Source: Geotalea uraniireducens Rf4
GTDB taxonomy: Bacteria; Desulfobacterota; Desulfuromonadia; Geobacterales; Geobacteraceae
NCBI RefSeq assembly: GCF_000016745.1
Contig: NC_009483.1
Span: 3,840,001-3,872,000, forward strand
Length of the DNA stretch: 32,000 nucleotides
Reading direction: 5' to 3'
This document shows positions 23,379 to 32,000 of the stretch, piece by piece (position 1 is the first letter of the stretch; each line of letters starts with the position of its first letter). The notes beneath the pieces are model-generated. The model was not told the DNA's origin and did no database searches. It saw only the letters and a program-made list of their open reading frames with translations. The position numbers and the translations under genes were made by a program.

Positions 23379-24572
23379 CTATTCCAGCTTTACCCCCATT
23401 GCCTCGGCAACCGTATGAATATCCTTGTCCCCCCGGCCGGAGAGACAGACAATGATTGTCTTGTCCTTAGAGAGAGTCGGCGCCATTTTCAGCACATGGG
23501 CAATGGCATGGGATGACTCCAGTGCCGGCAGTATCCCCTCTTCCCGGGTCAATACCCTGAACCCTTCCAGCGCCTCCTCATCGGTTACCGATACATAATC
23601 GGCACGGCCTGATTCCTTCAGCCATGCATGTTCAGGACCGACGCCGGGATAGTCGAGACCGGCGGAAATGGAATGGGCGTGGGCAATCTGGCCGAACTCA
23701 TCCTGAAGCAGATAGGTCTTGTTGCCGTGAAGCACTCCGACGCTCCCGGCACAGAGAGGCGCTGCGTGCTTACCGGAGGAGATTCCATAACCGGCCGCCT
23801 CGACCCCGACCATTTTCACGTCCTTATCATTCATGAATGGGTGGAAGAGACCGAGGGCGTTGCTCCCGCCGCCTACGGCAGCCACCAGATAATCAGGAAG
23901 CCGCCCCTCGATTTTTTTGTGCTGCGCCTTTGCCTCCCGGCCGATAATCGACTGGAAATCGCGAACCATCAGGGGATAAGGATGTGGACCGGCGACGGTG
24001 CCGATGACATAGAACGTGTTGCCGACATGGGTTACCCAGTTGCGCAGCGCCTCGTTCATGGCGTCCTTGAGGGTGGCGGTGCCCGCTGTCACGGGAGTAA
24101 CCTTGGCACCGAGGAGTTTCATTCGAAAAACGTTCAGCGACTGCCGGTGGATATCCTCCTCGCCCATGAACACCTCGCACTCCATGTCGAAAAGAGCGGC
24201 AATGGTGGCTGTGGCAACACCGTGCTGACCGGCGCCGGTTTCGGCTATCACCCGTTTTTTACCCATCCGCTTGGCCAGGAGTCCCTGGCCGATGGTGTTG
24301 TTCACCTTGTGGGCACCGGTATGATTCAGGTCTTCACGTTTCAGGTAAATCTTTGCCCCGCCGAGCTTTTTGCTGAGTTTTTCCGCAAAGTAGAGGGGAT
24401 TGGGTCGCCCCACATACTGGCGCATATAATAGGCAAATTCTTCCTTGAACTCTTTATCGTTTTTGTAATGGTTGTAAGCCTTCTCCAGCTCGAACAGCGC
24501 CGGCATCAATGTTTCCGATACGTATCTGCCGCCGAACTGGCCGAAATGCCCTTGCTTATCGGGTAATTTCAC
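23379..24572 (-). CDS. trpB: Tryptophan synthase beta chain
   Basis: The ORF is 397 aa with a GTG start 5 nt after GGAGG. The sequence is [26 protein letters not shown]...[16 protein letters not shown] (PLP lysine motif). Confidence 0.95.
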   Translation of the reverse strand: MKLPDKQGHFGQFGGRYVSETLMPALFELEKAYNHYKNDKEFKEEFAYYMRQYVGRPNPLYFAEKLSKKLGGAKIYLKREDLNHTGAHKVNNTIGQGLLAKRMGKKRVIAETGAGQHGVATATIAALFDMECEVFMGEEDIHRQSLNVFRMKLLGAKVTPVTAGTATLKDAMNEALRNWVTHVGNTFYVIGTVAGPHPYPLMVRDFQSIIGREAKAQHKKIEGRLPDYLVAAVGGGSNALGLFHPFMNDKDVKMVGVEAAGYGISSGKHAAPLCAGSVGVLHGNKTYLLQDEFGQIAHAHSISAGLDYPGVGPEHAWLKESGRADYVSVTDEEALEGFRVLTREEGILPALESSHAIAHVLKMAPTLSKDKTIIVCLSGRGDKDIHTVAEAMGVKLE

Positions 24573-24602
24573 TGAAACCTCCAGGTTCTGTAATGAAACT
24601 GC

Positions 24603-24631
24603 ATAATATCCCCGGAGTAAATAAATTGCAA
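24603..24631 (-). promoter_or_regulatory. Candidate sigma70 promoter TTGCAA-17-TATTAT for trpB
   Basis: The minus strand reads cTTGCAAtttatttactccggggaTATTATgcag, ~30 nt upstream of the trpB GTG. Confidence 0.4.
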
Positions 24632-24675
24632 GACCGGCGCGTTATTGTTTCGGTTGTTAAACATATCAATGGTAG

Positions 24676-24695
24676 GGGCGAGGCTTGCCTCGCCC
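24676..24695 (-). other. GC-rich palindromic hairpin (REP-like) downstream of the RND permease gene
   Basis: GGGCGAGGC-TT-GCCTCGCCC is a perfect 9+9 palindrome, 79 nt after the RND stop. It has no U-tract. The flanking AGGGGC (24674..24679) can alternatively pair with GCCCCT (24709..24714). Confidence 0.4.
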
Positions 24696-24773
24696 AATCG
24701 GGCAGGCCGCCCCTGTCATACCTCAGTGTTTTACATGTTTAGCATCTGGAGCAATAAAACAGCGTCCAACCAC

Positions 24774-27700
24774 CTAAACATCATCAGCAGCGGGTGCCAC
24801 CAGGAGCTTTTTCCGTGAGCGCACCTTTGCCAGCAGCACATCCATGTAGTAGTAGACAACCGGCGTGATGTAGAGGGTCAGCAACTGCGAGGTGAGCAAC
24901 CCGCCGACAACGGCCAGACCCAGTGGCTGACGCGACTCTCCTCCGGCACCTAAACCCATGGCGATTGGCAGCGTTCCCATCAGGGCAGCCATGGTCGTCA
25001 TCATAATCGGCCGAAAACGTACCAGAGCCCCTTCATAAATGGCATCAAGCGGCCGTTTCCCGTCCTTCCTCTCGGCTTCCAGGGCAAAGTCGATCATCAT
25101 GATGGCGTTCTTTTTGACAATGCCGAGCAGCATGATTATCCCGACAAATCCATAGATATTAAGATCGCAGTGAAAGATCATCAGGGTGATCAGTGCCCCG
25201 AAACCGGCGGCCGGCAGTCCGGACAGGATGGTGATCGGGTGAATATAGCTCTCATAGAGAACGCCGAGCACAATGTAGATGACGAAGACGGCCATCACCA
25301 GCAAGATCAGCAGGCCGTTGAATGAGGATTGGAATGCCTGCGCGGTCCCCTGAAAACTGGTACTCACGGTTTGAGGGAGAGCTGTGCGGGCAAGCTCGTC
25401 AACGAGAGTCATTGCATCGCCAAGGGCTAGCCCGGGGCGGAGATTGAACGAGATCGTCACCGCCGGGAGTTGTCCCAGGTGGTTGACCGTCAGCGGGCCG
25501 ATGGTTTTGGTGATGGCAGCTATGGTATCGAGCGGTACAAGCTGTCCGGATTTGCTATGGATGTAAAGCATGCCCAGAGCCGCCGGGTCTCCCTGGTAGA
25601 GCGGATCAAGTTCGAGAATAACCTGATACTGGTTGGTCGTGGCAAATATGGAGGAAACCTGGCGTGAACCGTAGGCATAGGAAAGGGCGTCTTCCACCTG
25701 CATCACGGAGAGCCCCAGGCTGGCCACCTTATCCCGGTTGATTTCCACATGCACCTGCGGATTACTGATCTGCAGGTCGCTCGTTACATCCAGCAACTCG
25801 GGAAGCTCACGCAGCTTTGCCTCAAAGTCACTGGAGGCACGGTACAGTTCATCCGTGTTCTGACCTTGCAGGGTAAACTGGTACTGGCTTTTGGAGGAGC
25901 TGCCCCCTATCTGGATCGAGGGGATATTTTTCAGGAATGTTCGGATACCCGGGACTTTGGCGAGCTTTGGGCGAAGTTCCTGAATGATCTCATCTGCGGA
26001 GAGTTTTCGCTCACTGCGCGGCTTGAGACGGATAAAAAAGCGGCCGGTGTTGCTCGCCCCGCTGCTGCCCATGGATGACATGAATCCGTCGATATTCGGA
26101 TCTTTGGCGATGATGGCAGCGAGTGCTTCCTGGTGAAGCTTCATCTCCGCGAAGGATGTCCCTTGGGCCGCCTCGGTGTCGGCGTTTAGACGTCCGGTGT
26201 CTTCAGTCGGCAGGAATCCCATGGGAATTCTGGTAAACAACCAGCCGGTGACCAGCGTGACAAGTATCGTCAAGACCATGGTTGTCCGACGAAAGCGCAG
26301 GACCTGTTGCAGTGAGCGCTCGTAAAGATTGAGCAAACGGTCGAAGAAGCGTTCCATGAAGAGGTACAGGCGTCCGTGTCGCTCTGCTGCCGGCGGCTTC
26401 AGAAATCGACTGCAAAGCATCGGGGTCAGGGTCAGGGAGACGAAACAGGAGACCAGAATTGCCACGCTGATCGTTATGGCGAATTCGTGCAGGAGACGGC
26501 CAAGTATCCCCCCCATGAACAGTACCGGAATAAAAACCGCCACCAGCGATATGGTCATCGAAATGATGGTAAAGCCGATCTCCTTAGAGCCCTTGAAAGC
26601 AGCCTCCATCGCACTCTCACCCTTTTCCATGTGACGGACGATGTTTTCCAGCATGACTATGGCATCATCCACGACGAAGCCGACCGCCAGGGTCAGGGCC
26701 ATCATGGATATGTTATTGATGGAGAATCCCAGCATATGCATGGCGGAGAACGTACCGACAATTGACATCGGCACTGCCAATGAGGGGATGATGGTGGCGG
26801 ACAAGTTGCGCAGAAAGAGGAAAATCACCATGATGACCAGGCCGATCGTCAAACAGAGGGTGAACTTGACGTCGTGCATCGATTCACGGATCATGTTGGA
26901 CCGGTCAAAAAGAACACTCAGTTCGACTGAGGCCGGCATCTGCGAGCGGAAAGTCGGCAGAAGCTTCTTCACGCTGTCCACCACCTCGATGGTGTTGGTT
27001 CCCGGCTGGCGTTGGACGGCCAGGACTATGGCGCGCGTGTTGTTGTACCAGCTTGCCGTCTTGGTGTTCTCTACGCTGTCAAGGACCTGCCCGACTTCCT
27101 CAAGGCGGATCGGCGAGCCGTCCCGGTAGGCCACCACCATCGAGCGGAAGGATGCCGCATTGAACATCTGTCCATTGGCTTCGATGGTGAACGCTTGCTT
27201 TTTCCCGTCCAGCATCCCGGTCGGCATGTTGACGTTCGCATCGCCGATCGCCGTCGCCACTTCGTCGATGCCGATCTGCCGGGAGGCCAGGGCTTTGGGA
27301 TCGAGTTGGGCACGCACGGCATACTTCTGCGAACCGTAAACCGACACCTGGGCCACGCCGCTGATCGTAGAGATACGTTGCGAGATGAGGGTCTGCGCAT
27401 ACTCGTCAACCGCGGAAAGAGGCAATGTGGGAGAGCTGAGCGCCAGGTAAAGGATCGGCTGATCGGCAGGATTCACCTTCCGGAAAGACGGCGGCGACGT
27501 CATGTTCGCCGGTAACTGGCGAATAGCAAGTGAGATCGCCGCCTGCACGTCCTGAGCGGCCGCATCAATATCGCGGTCAAGGTTGAACTGGATCGTGATC
27601 CTGGTCGAGCCGATGCCATTCGTTGAAGTCATCGAGTCGACGCCGGCAATGGTCGAGAACTGCTTCTCCAGCGGTGTGGCGACCGCCGATGCCATGGTGT

Positions 27701-27872
27701 CTGGATTGGCGCCAGGGAGGTTGGCGCTGACCTGGATGGTCGGGTAGTCAACTTTCGGCAGGTCGTTCACCGGAAGCAAGCGGTACGATGCCACACCGAA
27801 GATGAAGATGGCGATCATGATCAACGAGGTCATGATCGGCCGGCGAACGAAAATCTCGGCGATATTGATCAC
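24774..27872 (-). CDS. RND efflux permease (HAE1 family, MdtB/MdtC-like)
   Basis: The ORF is 1032 aa. Its GTG start overlaps the adaptor gene stop (GTGA). The sequence MINIAEIFVRRPIMTSLIMIAIFIFGVASYRLLPVNDLPKVDYPTIQVSANLPGANPDTMASAVATPLEKQF is the canonical AcrB/MdtC N-terminus. Confidence 0.95.
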   Translation of the reverse strand: MINIAEIFVRRPIMTSLIMIAIFIFGVASYRLLPVNDLPKVDYPTIQVSANLPGANPDTMASAVATPLEKQFSTIAGVDSMTSTNGIGSTRITIQFNLDRDIDAAAQDVQAAISLAIRQLPANMTSPPSFRKVNPADQPILYLALSSPTLPLSAVDEYAQTLISQRISTISGVAQVSVYGSQKYAVRAQLDPKALASRQIGIDEVATAIGDANVNMPTGMLDGKKQAFTIEANGQMFNAASFRSMVVAYRDGSPIRLEEVGQVLDSVENTKTASWYNNTRAIVLAVQRQPGTNTIEVVDSVKKLLPTFRSQMPASVELSVLFDRSNMIRESMHDVKFTLCLTIGLVIMVIFLFLRNLSATIIPSLAVPMSIVGTFSAMHMLGFSINNISMMALTLAVGFVVDDAIVMLENIVRHMEKGESAMEAAFKGSKEIGFTIISMTISLVAVFIPVLFMGGILGRLLHEFAITISVAILVSCFVSLTLTPMLCSRFLKPPAAERHGRLYLFMERFFDRLLNLYERSLQQVLRFRRTTMVLTILVTLVTGWLFTRIPMGFLPTEDTGRLNADTEAAQGTSFAEMKLHQEALAAIIAKDPNIDGFMSSMGSSGASNTGRFFIRLKPRSERKLSADEIIQELRPKLAKVPGIRTFLKNIPSIQIGGSSSKSQYQFTLQGQNTDELYRASSDFEAKLRELPELLDVTSDLQISNPQVHVEINRDKVASLGLSVMQVEDALSYAYGSRQVSSIFATTNQYQVILELDPLYQGDPAALGMLYIHSKSGQLVPLDTIAAITKTIGPLTVNHLGQLPAVTISFNLRPGLALGDAMTLVDELARTALPQTVSTSFQGTAQAFQSSFNGLLILLVMAVFVIYIVLGVLYESYIHPITILSGLPAAGFGALITLMIFHCDLNIYGFVGIIMLLGIVKKNAIMMIDFALEAERKDGKRPLDAIYEGALVRFRPIMMTTMAALMGTLPIAMGLGAGGESRQPLGLAVVGGLLTSQLLTLYITPVVYYYMDVLLAKVRSRKKLLVAPAADDV

Positions 27873-29004
27873 TTTCTCCCCTCCGCCGCCGGGTTGATTT
27901 TCGCCTCCACCTTGGCGCCTGGAACCAGGCGCAGTTGGCCGTTGACAACCACGGTCTCTCCGGGCGCAACACCTTTCTCGATAACGCTTGCCCCCCCCGA
28001 TGCCGCGCCGACAGTTACCGGCCGCATCTCCACCGTCTTGTCAGGCTTCACTACATATATGAACTGCCCCTGTTGGCTGATCTGGATTGCCTGGGTCGGG
28101 ACGACGACGGCATTCTGCAGGGAGGAGAGTGTCATCACCACATCGACAAACTGTCCCGGCCAGAGTTTTCTGGATCTGTTGGCAAAAATCCCGTTCAGCT
28201 TGATGGTGCCGGTAGCGGCATTCACCATATTGTCCAGAAAACTTATCGTCCCGATTTCTTTACTGCCGGGTTCGTCAGGGATAACTGCCTCTATCTGCAA
28301 CTCGCCGCCAGCCATGGCCCTCTTTACCTCAGCGAGTTTTTTTCCGGGATTGAAAAGGTTACGTAGATCGGGTTTATCTGATTGATCATCACCAGCGGTA
28401 CATCGTTGGCCTTCGTAAGATTGCCCGGTTGCAGCAATAGTTTCCCGGTCCGACCGGAGATCGGAGAACGGATGTAGCAATAGCCAAGCTGGATTTTAGC
28501 GTTTTTGACTGCTGCACGGTCAGCGACAACAGTCGCAGCAAATGATTCAGCGTTGGCCTGCAATTGATCAAACTGATCCTGAGTAACGATGCCATCCTTG
28601 AGCATCAACTCGTAGCGGCGAGCCTGATCATGAGCGAACTTCGACTGCGCCAGATCCTTGGTTAGAGCGGCCTCGCATTGACTAAGCGTCGCTTCGAACG
28701 ATTCCGGGGCAAGGGTGATGAGCAATGAGCCCTTCTGCACGTCACTACCCTCCTTGAAATGAACGAGGGCAATCTGTCCGCTTACCTGCGATTTGATTGC
28801 GACGCTGGTATATGGCTCAATGTTGCCGATAGCTTTAACTTGCACCGGCACGTCTTTCCGGATCGCTATTGCCACCGTTACCGGCACCGGAGGCTTCGTT
28901 TTGGGCTTCTCTTTTTTGGCGGCGCAAGCGCCGCAGACAAATAATGATGCCGCCAGATATCCACTAATGAGCAGTTTTACTACGGTTATTATTTTACGTT
29001 TCAT
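27869..29004 (-). pseudogene. RND membrane-fusion (periplasmic adaptor) lipoprotein, reading frame broken at an A7 run
   Basis: The N-terminal part is in track ORF 28324..29058. I prefer ATG 29004 after GAGGGTGGA, giving MKRKIITVVKLLISGYLAASLFVCGAC..., with the lipoyl and hairpin domains up to ...INPIYVTFSIPEKNSLR*. The rest is in frame -1 (track ORF 27869..28480, real from ...KKLAEVKRAMAGGELQIEAVIPDEP... to ...AAEGRK*). The switch point is the A run at 28337..28343. The total of 1136 nt is one base short of 379 codons. Confidence 0.85.
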
Positions 29005-29252
29005 TTCCACCCTCATTTTTGTGTTATTGATGACGGGTATATCCTTATAAGAATGCAAGCGGATGGATGCCTTGCAGTGTCGAAAAACCCGCTCTTTCCC
29101 TTCAACAGCTATAATCTAGCAAAAAAAATATGGATAAAATATGAAATAAATGAGGAAATGCGGATAACGGAGATATTTACAGGTAACGTTTATGCTATAA
29201 GGGAAGCAACTTGATGCGGGGCATCAATTATCTATTTCTTGAGAGGAATGCG

Positions 29253-30679
29253 GTGAAGATCAAGATTAAATATCGGCTCTTTCTGGCGATGCTGGCCGCC
29301 ACCGCAGCTGCGGTCGTCTGTATGTTTATCATCATGCAGTGGAGTATCGACCGGGGCTTTCTCCGGTACGTCAATACGCTCGATCAGGAACGGCTCGTAC
29401 GGCTGGCCGGTGCATTGGAACAGAGCTTTGCCGAAAAAGGGAACTGGGATACGCTGCGCACTGATCCGCTCAAGCGCTCCCTGCTCATTGAATCTACCCA
29501 CCCCAATTACCGCCTTGAGCCGCAGGGAAAACTCCCCGCGGATGGTAGCACCAAGCCATCTCAAGACGCCCCACGGATCATCCATCAGTTTGAAATGCGC
29601 ATCATCCTGCAGGATGCGGGGCATCACCTTGTATTTGGCCCAATGCACACCGGAGAACGAGTGGAGTTCAAACCGATCATTCATAGGCAAAAGATCGTGG
29701 GCTACCTGGGGCTGCTGCCGAGAAGCAGCCTCACCGATGCCATCCAGCTGCACTTCGTGCAACAGCAAAAACTGACCTTGGCCATGATTGCAGTGGCCAT
29801 CCTCCTCGTCTCAACCGGCCTATCCCTCCCACTGGCAAGCCGACTGGTCCATCCTATCAAGAACCTGGCAGCCGCTACTCATCGCCTTGCCTCAGGGGAG
29901 TTCGATACGCGCGTTTCCGTCAGCTCTTCAGATGAGCTCGGTCATCTTGCCAGGGATTTCAACTCGCTGGCCCTCTCTCTGGAGAAGAGCGAGCAGTCAC
30001 GCCGTGACTGGGTTGCTGATATCTCCCACGAACTACGGACACCGCTGACGATCCTGCGCGGCGAGATTGAAGCGATCCAGGACGGAATCCGTCAGAGCAC
30101 CCCAGAAGCCATCGACTCCCTCCACTGCGAAGTTATGCGGCTGAACCGGATGGTGGACGACCTCTACCAGCTCTCCCTTTCAGATGTCGGCGCCCTGACG
30201 TACCGCAAAGAGGAACTGGATCTTGATGCCATCCTCAACCGGGCGCTCGACTCATTCCAGGCCGAATTCACTCAAAAACAAATCTCTCTGCGGACCGAGA
30301 TCCAACCCGGCGCGGAGTTCCCGCTCTTTGCAGATCCCGAACGGCTGCAGCAACTTTTCGACAACCTGCTGGAAAACGCTCTGAACTACACCGATCCGGG
30401 GGGAGAACTCTTCGTCCGTCTGGCTCGCCGTGACACTTTGGCGACGGTACATTTTCAGGACAGCCCCCCGGTGTGACCAAGGAGGATCTGGCACGCCTCT
30501 TCGACCGGCTCTATCGAGTCGAGGGATCGCGAAACCGCACTTCAAGCGGTGCCGGGCTGGGACTGGCAATCTGCAAAAACATCGCTAAAGCACACGAAGG
30601 AACCATTGAAGCGCTACCGTCGCCATTGGGAGGGGTATGGATCAAGGTAGAACTCCCGTTAATGGAGAGAGGAGTATGA
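29253..30679 (+). pseudogene. Sensor histidine kinase (BaeS-like), reading frame broken at a C6 run
   Basis: I prefer GTG 29253 after GAGAGGA (VKIKIKYRLFLAML...). It has a TM segment, a periplasmic loop with RGFLRYVNTLDQERL (BaeS-like), HAMP, and the H-box ADISHELRTPLT. The frame ends at ...HFQDSPPV* (30474..30476). The G1/G2 part (TKEDLARLFDRLYRVEGSRNR...GAGLGLAICKNIAKAHEG...) continues in the +1 frame as track ORF 30473..30679. The C run is at 30464..30469. One extra C would restore DSPPGVTKEDL. Confidence 0.82.
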
Positions 30680-31353
30680 GTGGAACAATACTGATAGTGG
30701 AGGACGAAGAGAAACTCGCTGCGCTGCTGGCGGATTACCTGAAGCAGTCGGGGTTCGATTCCGAGTGGCTGGCGGATGGACAAGCTGTGGTACCGTGGGT
30801 CAAGAGGCACGGGCCGGATCTCATCCTGCTCGATTTAATGCTTCCCGGGCGCCGTGGCCTCGATATCTGCAAGGAGATCCGTTCCTTCTCTGATGTTCCG
30901 ATTATCATGATCACTGCCCGTATTGAGGAAATAGACCGTTTGCTCGGCTTGGAACTGGGCGCAGATGACTACATCTGCAAACCGTTCAGCCCGCGGGAGG
31001 TTGTCGCCAGAGTCAAATCGTTGCTGCGTCGCACCGGCGGCCGACTAACCGCCTCAGTTCAGGGTTTGATCCTTGACACGTCACGATATCAGGCTACATT
31101 GCACGGTCACGTCCTGGACCTGACCGTCGTCGAATTCAAACTCCTGCACTTTCTCTTCTCAAATCCAGGGCAGATCTATTCACGCTCCCAGCTTATGCAT
31201 AGAATTTACCCTGACGAACGGATCGTAAGCGACCGGACCATCGACAGCCATGTAAAAAAACTGCGCAAAAAAATATCCTTGGCGGCACCTGATCAGGAAC
31301 TCATTCATTCGGTGTACGGGATCGGGTATAAATTTGAAGCATCACAGGAGTAA
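30676..31353 (+). CDS. OmpR-family response regulator (BaeR-like)
   Basis: The sequence is MSGTILIVEDEEKLAALLADYLKQSGF...DLILLDLMLPGRRGLDICKEIR...winged helix ...HSVYGIGYKFE. ATG 30676 overlaps the kinase TGA (ATGA) and follows GGAGAGAGGAG. The track ORF starts upstream at 30637. Confidence 0.93.
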   Translation: MSGTILIVEDEEKLAALLADYLKQSGFDSEWLADGQAVVPWVKRHGPDLILLDLMLPGRRGLDICKEIRSFSDVPIIMITARIEEIDRLLGLELGADDYICKPFSPREVVARVKSLLRRTGGRLTASVQGLILDTSRYQATLHGHVLDLTVVEFKLLHFLFSNPGQIYSRSQLMHRIYPDERIVSDRTIDSHVKKLRKKISLAAPDQELIHSVYGIGYKFEASQE

Positions 31354-31410
31354 ATTTATTGCAAGACCGACAGGCGAATTTCATGCTATACCATTGTGGG
31401 GAGAAACAGC

Positions 31411-31893
31411 ATGGAAACCATAAAACCATTCCATATCGTCCTGGTGGAGCCGGAGATTCCGCCCAATACCGGCAATATTGCCCGACTCTGCGGGGCAACC
31501 AGCACCGTTTTGCACCTGGTGGGGAAACTGGGATTTTCCACCGATGACCGAGCCTTGAAGAGGGCGGGGCTCGATTACTGGAGCGAGGTGGATATTCATT
31601 ACTGGGAGGACCTGGACGCGCTGAAAAGCGCCTATCCAGGCGGACGGTTCATCTATACCAGCAAGAAAGTGCCGCGGAGTTACGTTGAAATGGAGTTCAC
31701 GGCGGGAGATTTCATCGTCTTCGGCAAGGAGACCAAGGGGTTGCCCGACGAACTGATCGAGGCAAACCCGGACACGGCCGTGCGCATACCCATTTTCGGC
31801 CGGGTGCGAAGCCTCAATCTCTCCACTGCGGCAGGCATCGTTCTCTATGAGGCGTTGCGACAGACCGGCCGTTTGATAAACAGTGAATCGTGA
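31411..31893 (+). CDS. trmL: tRNA (cytidine/uridine-2'-O)-methyltransferase TrmL (SpoU/TrmH family)
   Basis: The sequence METIKPFHIVLVEPEIPPNTGNIARLCGATSTVLHLVGKLGF...RIPIFGRVRSLNLSTAAGIVLYEALRQ is a YibK/TrmL signature. ATG 31411 follows GGGGAG. Confidence 0.88.
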   Translation: METIKPFHIVLVEPEIPPNTGNIARLCGATSTVLHLVGKLGFSTDDRALKRAGLDYWSEVDIHYWEDLDALKSAYPGGRFIYTSKKVPRSYVEMEFTAGDFIVFGKETKGLPDELIEANPDTAVRIPIFGRVRSLNLSTAAGIVLYEALRQTGRLINSES

Positions 31894-31930
31894 ATGGCGA
31901 GGAGTCGGTTTAACTTATTGAGGTAAATGC

Positions 31931-32000
31931 ATGCTGTTGAAAGCCGTTATGTTCATGAATCTGGCCCTCATCTTTTATAGCTATGCCGTCTTCAGCGGCA
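31931..32000 (+). CDS. 5' end of a hydrophobic (membrane) protein, open to the window edge
   Basis: ATG 31931 lies 8 nt after GAGG. The frame MLLKAVMFMNLALIFYSYAVFSG is stop-free to the end of the window. Only 23 codons are visible. Confidence 0.3.
   Translation, partial: MLLKAVMFMNLALIFYSYAVFSG

Noticed and set aside
1-32000. CRISPR arrays, rRNA or tRNA genes, and toxin-antitoxin pairs.
   Set aside because: There are no regularly spaced 25-40-nt direct repeats, no rRNA-like or cloverleaf-compatible segments, and no small adjacent two-gene cassettes. The only small ORF with an RBS (11435..11659) has no partner.

Overview
This looks like a chromosomal segment from a Geobacter-type (Desulfuromonadales) genome. 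That assignment is an inference from gene content: multihaem c-type cytochromes, an MCP with an expanded signalling domain, and a tungsten-type AOR. Hand-counted 60-nt lines give about 60-65% GC in housekeeping genes. I find 25 protein genes, almost all on the minus strand. In coordinate order they are: aor (partial); manC plus a separate cupin PMI-domain gene; rfbD; rfbB; a visibly AT-rich two-gene insertion (a Zn-ribbon DPPY DNA methyltransferase overlapping an uncharacterised 512-aa partner); lptD; folC; a small ORF; accD; trpA; an MCP; a cytochrome module; uup (ABC-F); a LEA_2 lipoprotein; a lytic transglycosylase; trpB; an RND efflux pair with a divergent BaeSR-like two-component system; and trmL. 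The cytochrome module has a small monohaem cytochrome, a fused monohaem-cytochrome/beta-barrel outer-membrane protein with Cyc2-like architecture, and a divergently transcribed decahaem lipoprotein cytochrome. No rRNA, tRNA, CRISPR array, transposase or integrase was seen. The best candidates for something undescribed are: (1) the cytochrome-porin module at 15.9-19.8 kb; (2) the low-GC methyltransferase + unknown-protein island at 4.6-7.9 kb. Lesser candidates are: (3) STRR-like tandem heptamer arrays abutting the 3' ends of two genes; (4) two homopolymer frameshifts confined to the efflux locus, one of them on a canonical A AAA AAC slippery heptamer; and (5) a promoter-hairpin-terminator unit in the trpB 3' region that could encode a ~50-nt sRNA. 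All functional calls come from reading the translated ORFs and from remembered family signatures. No database search was run.
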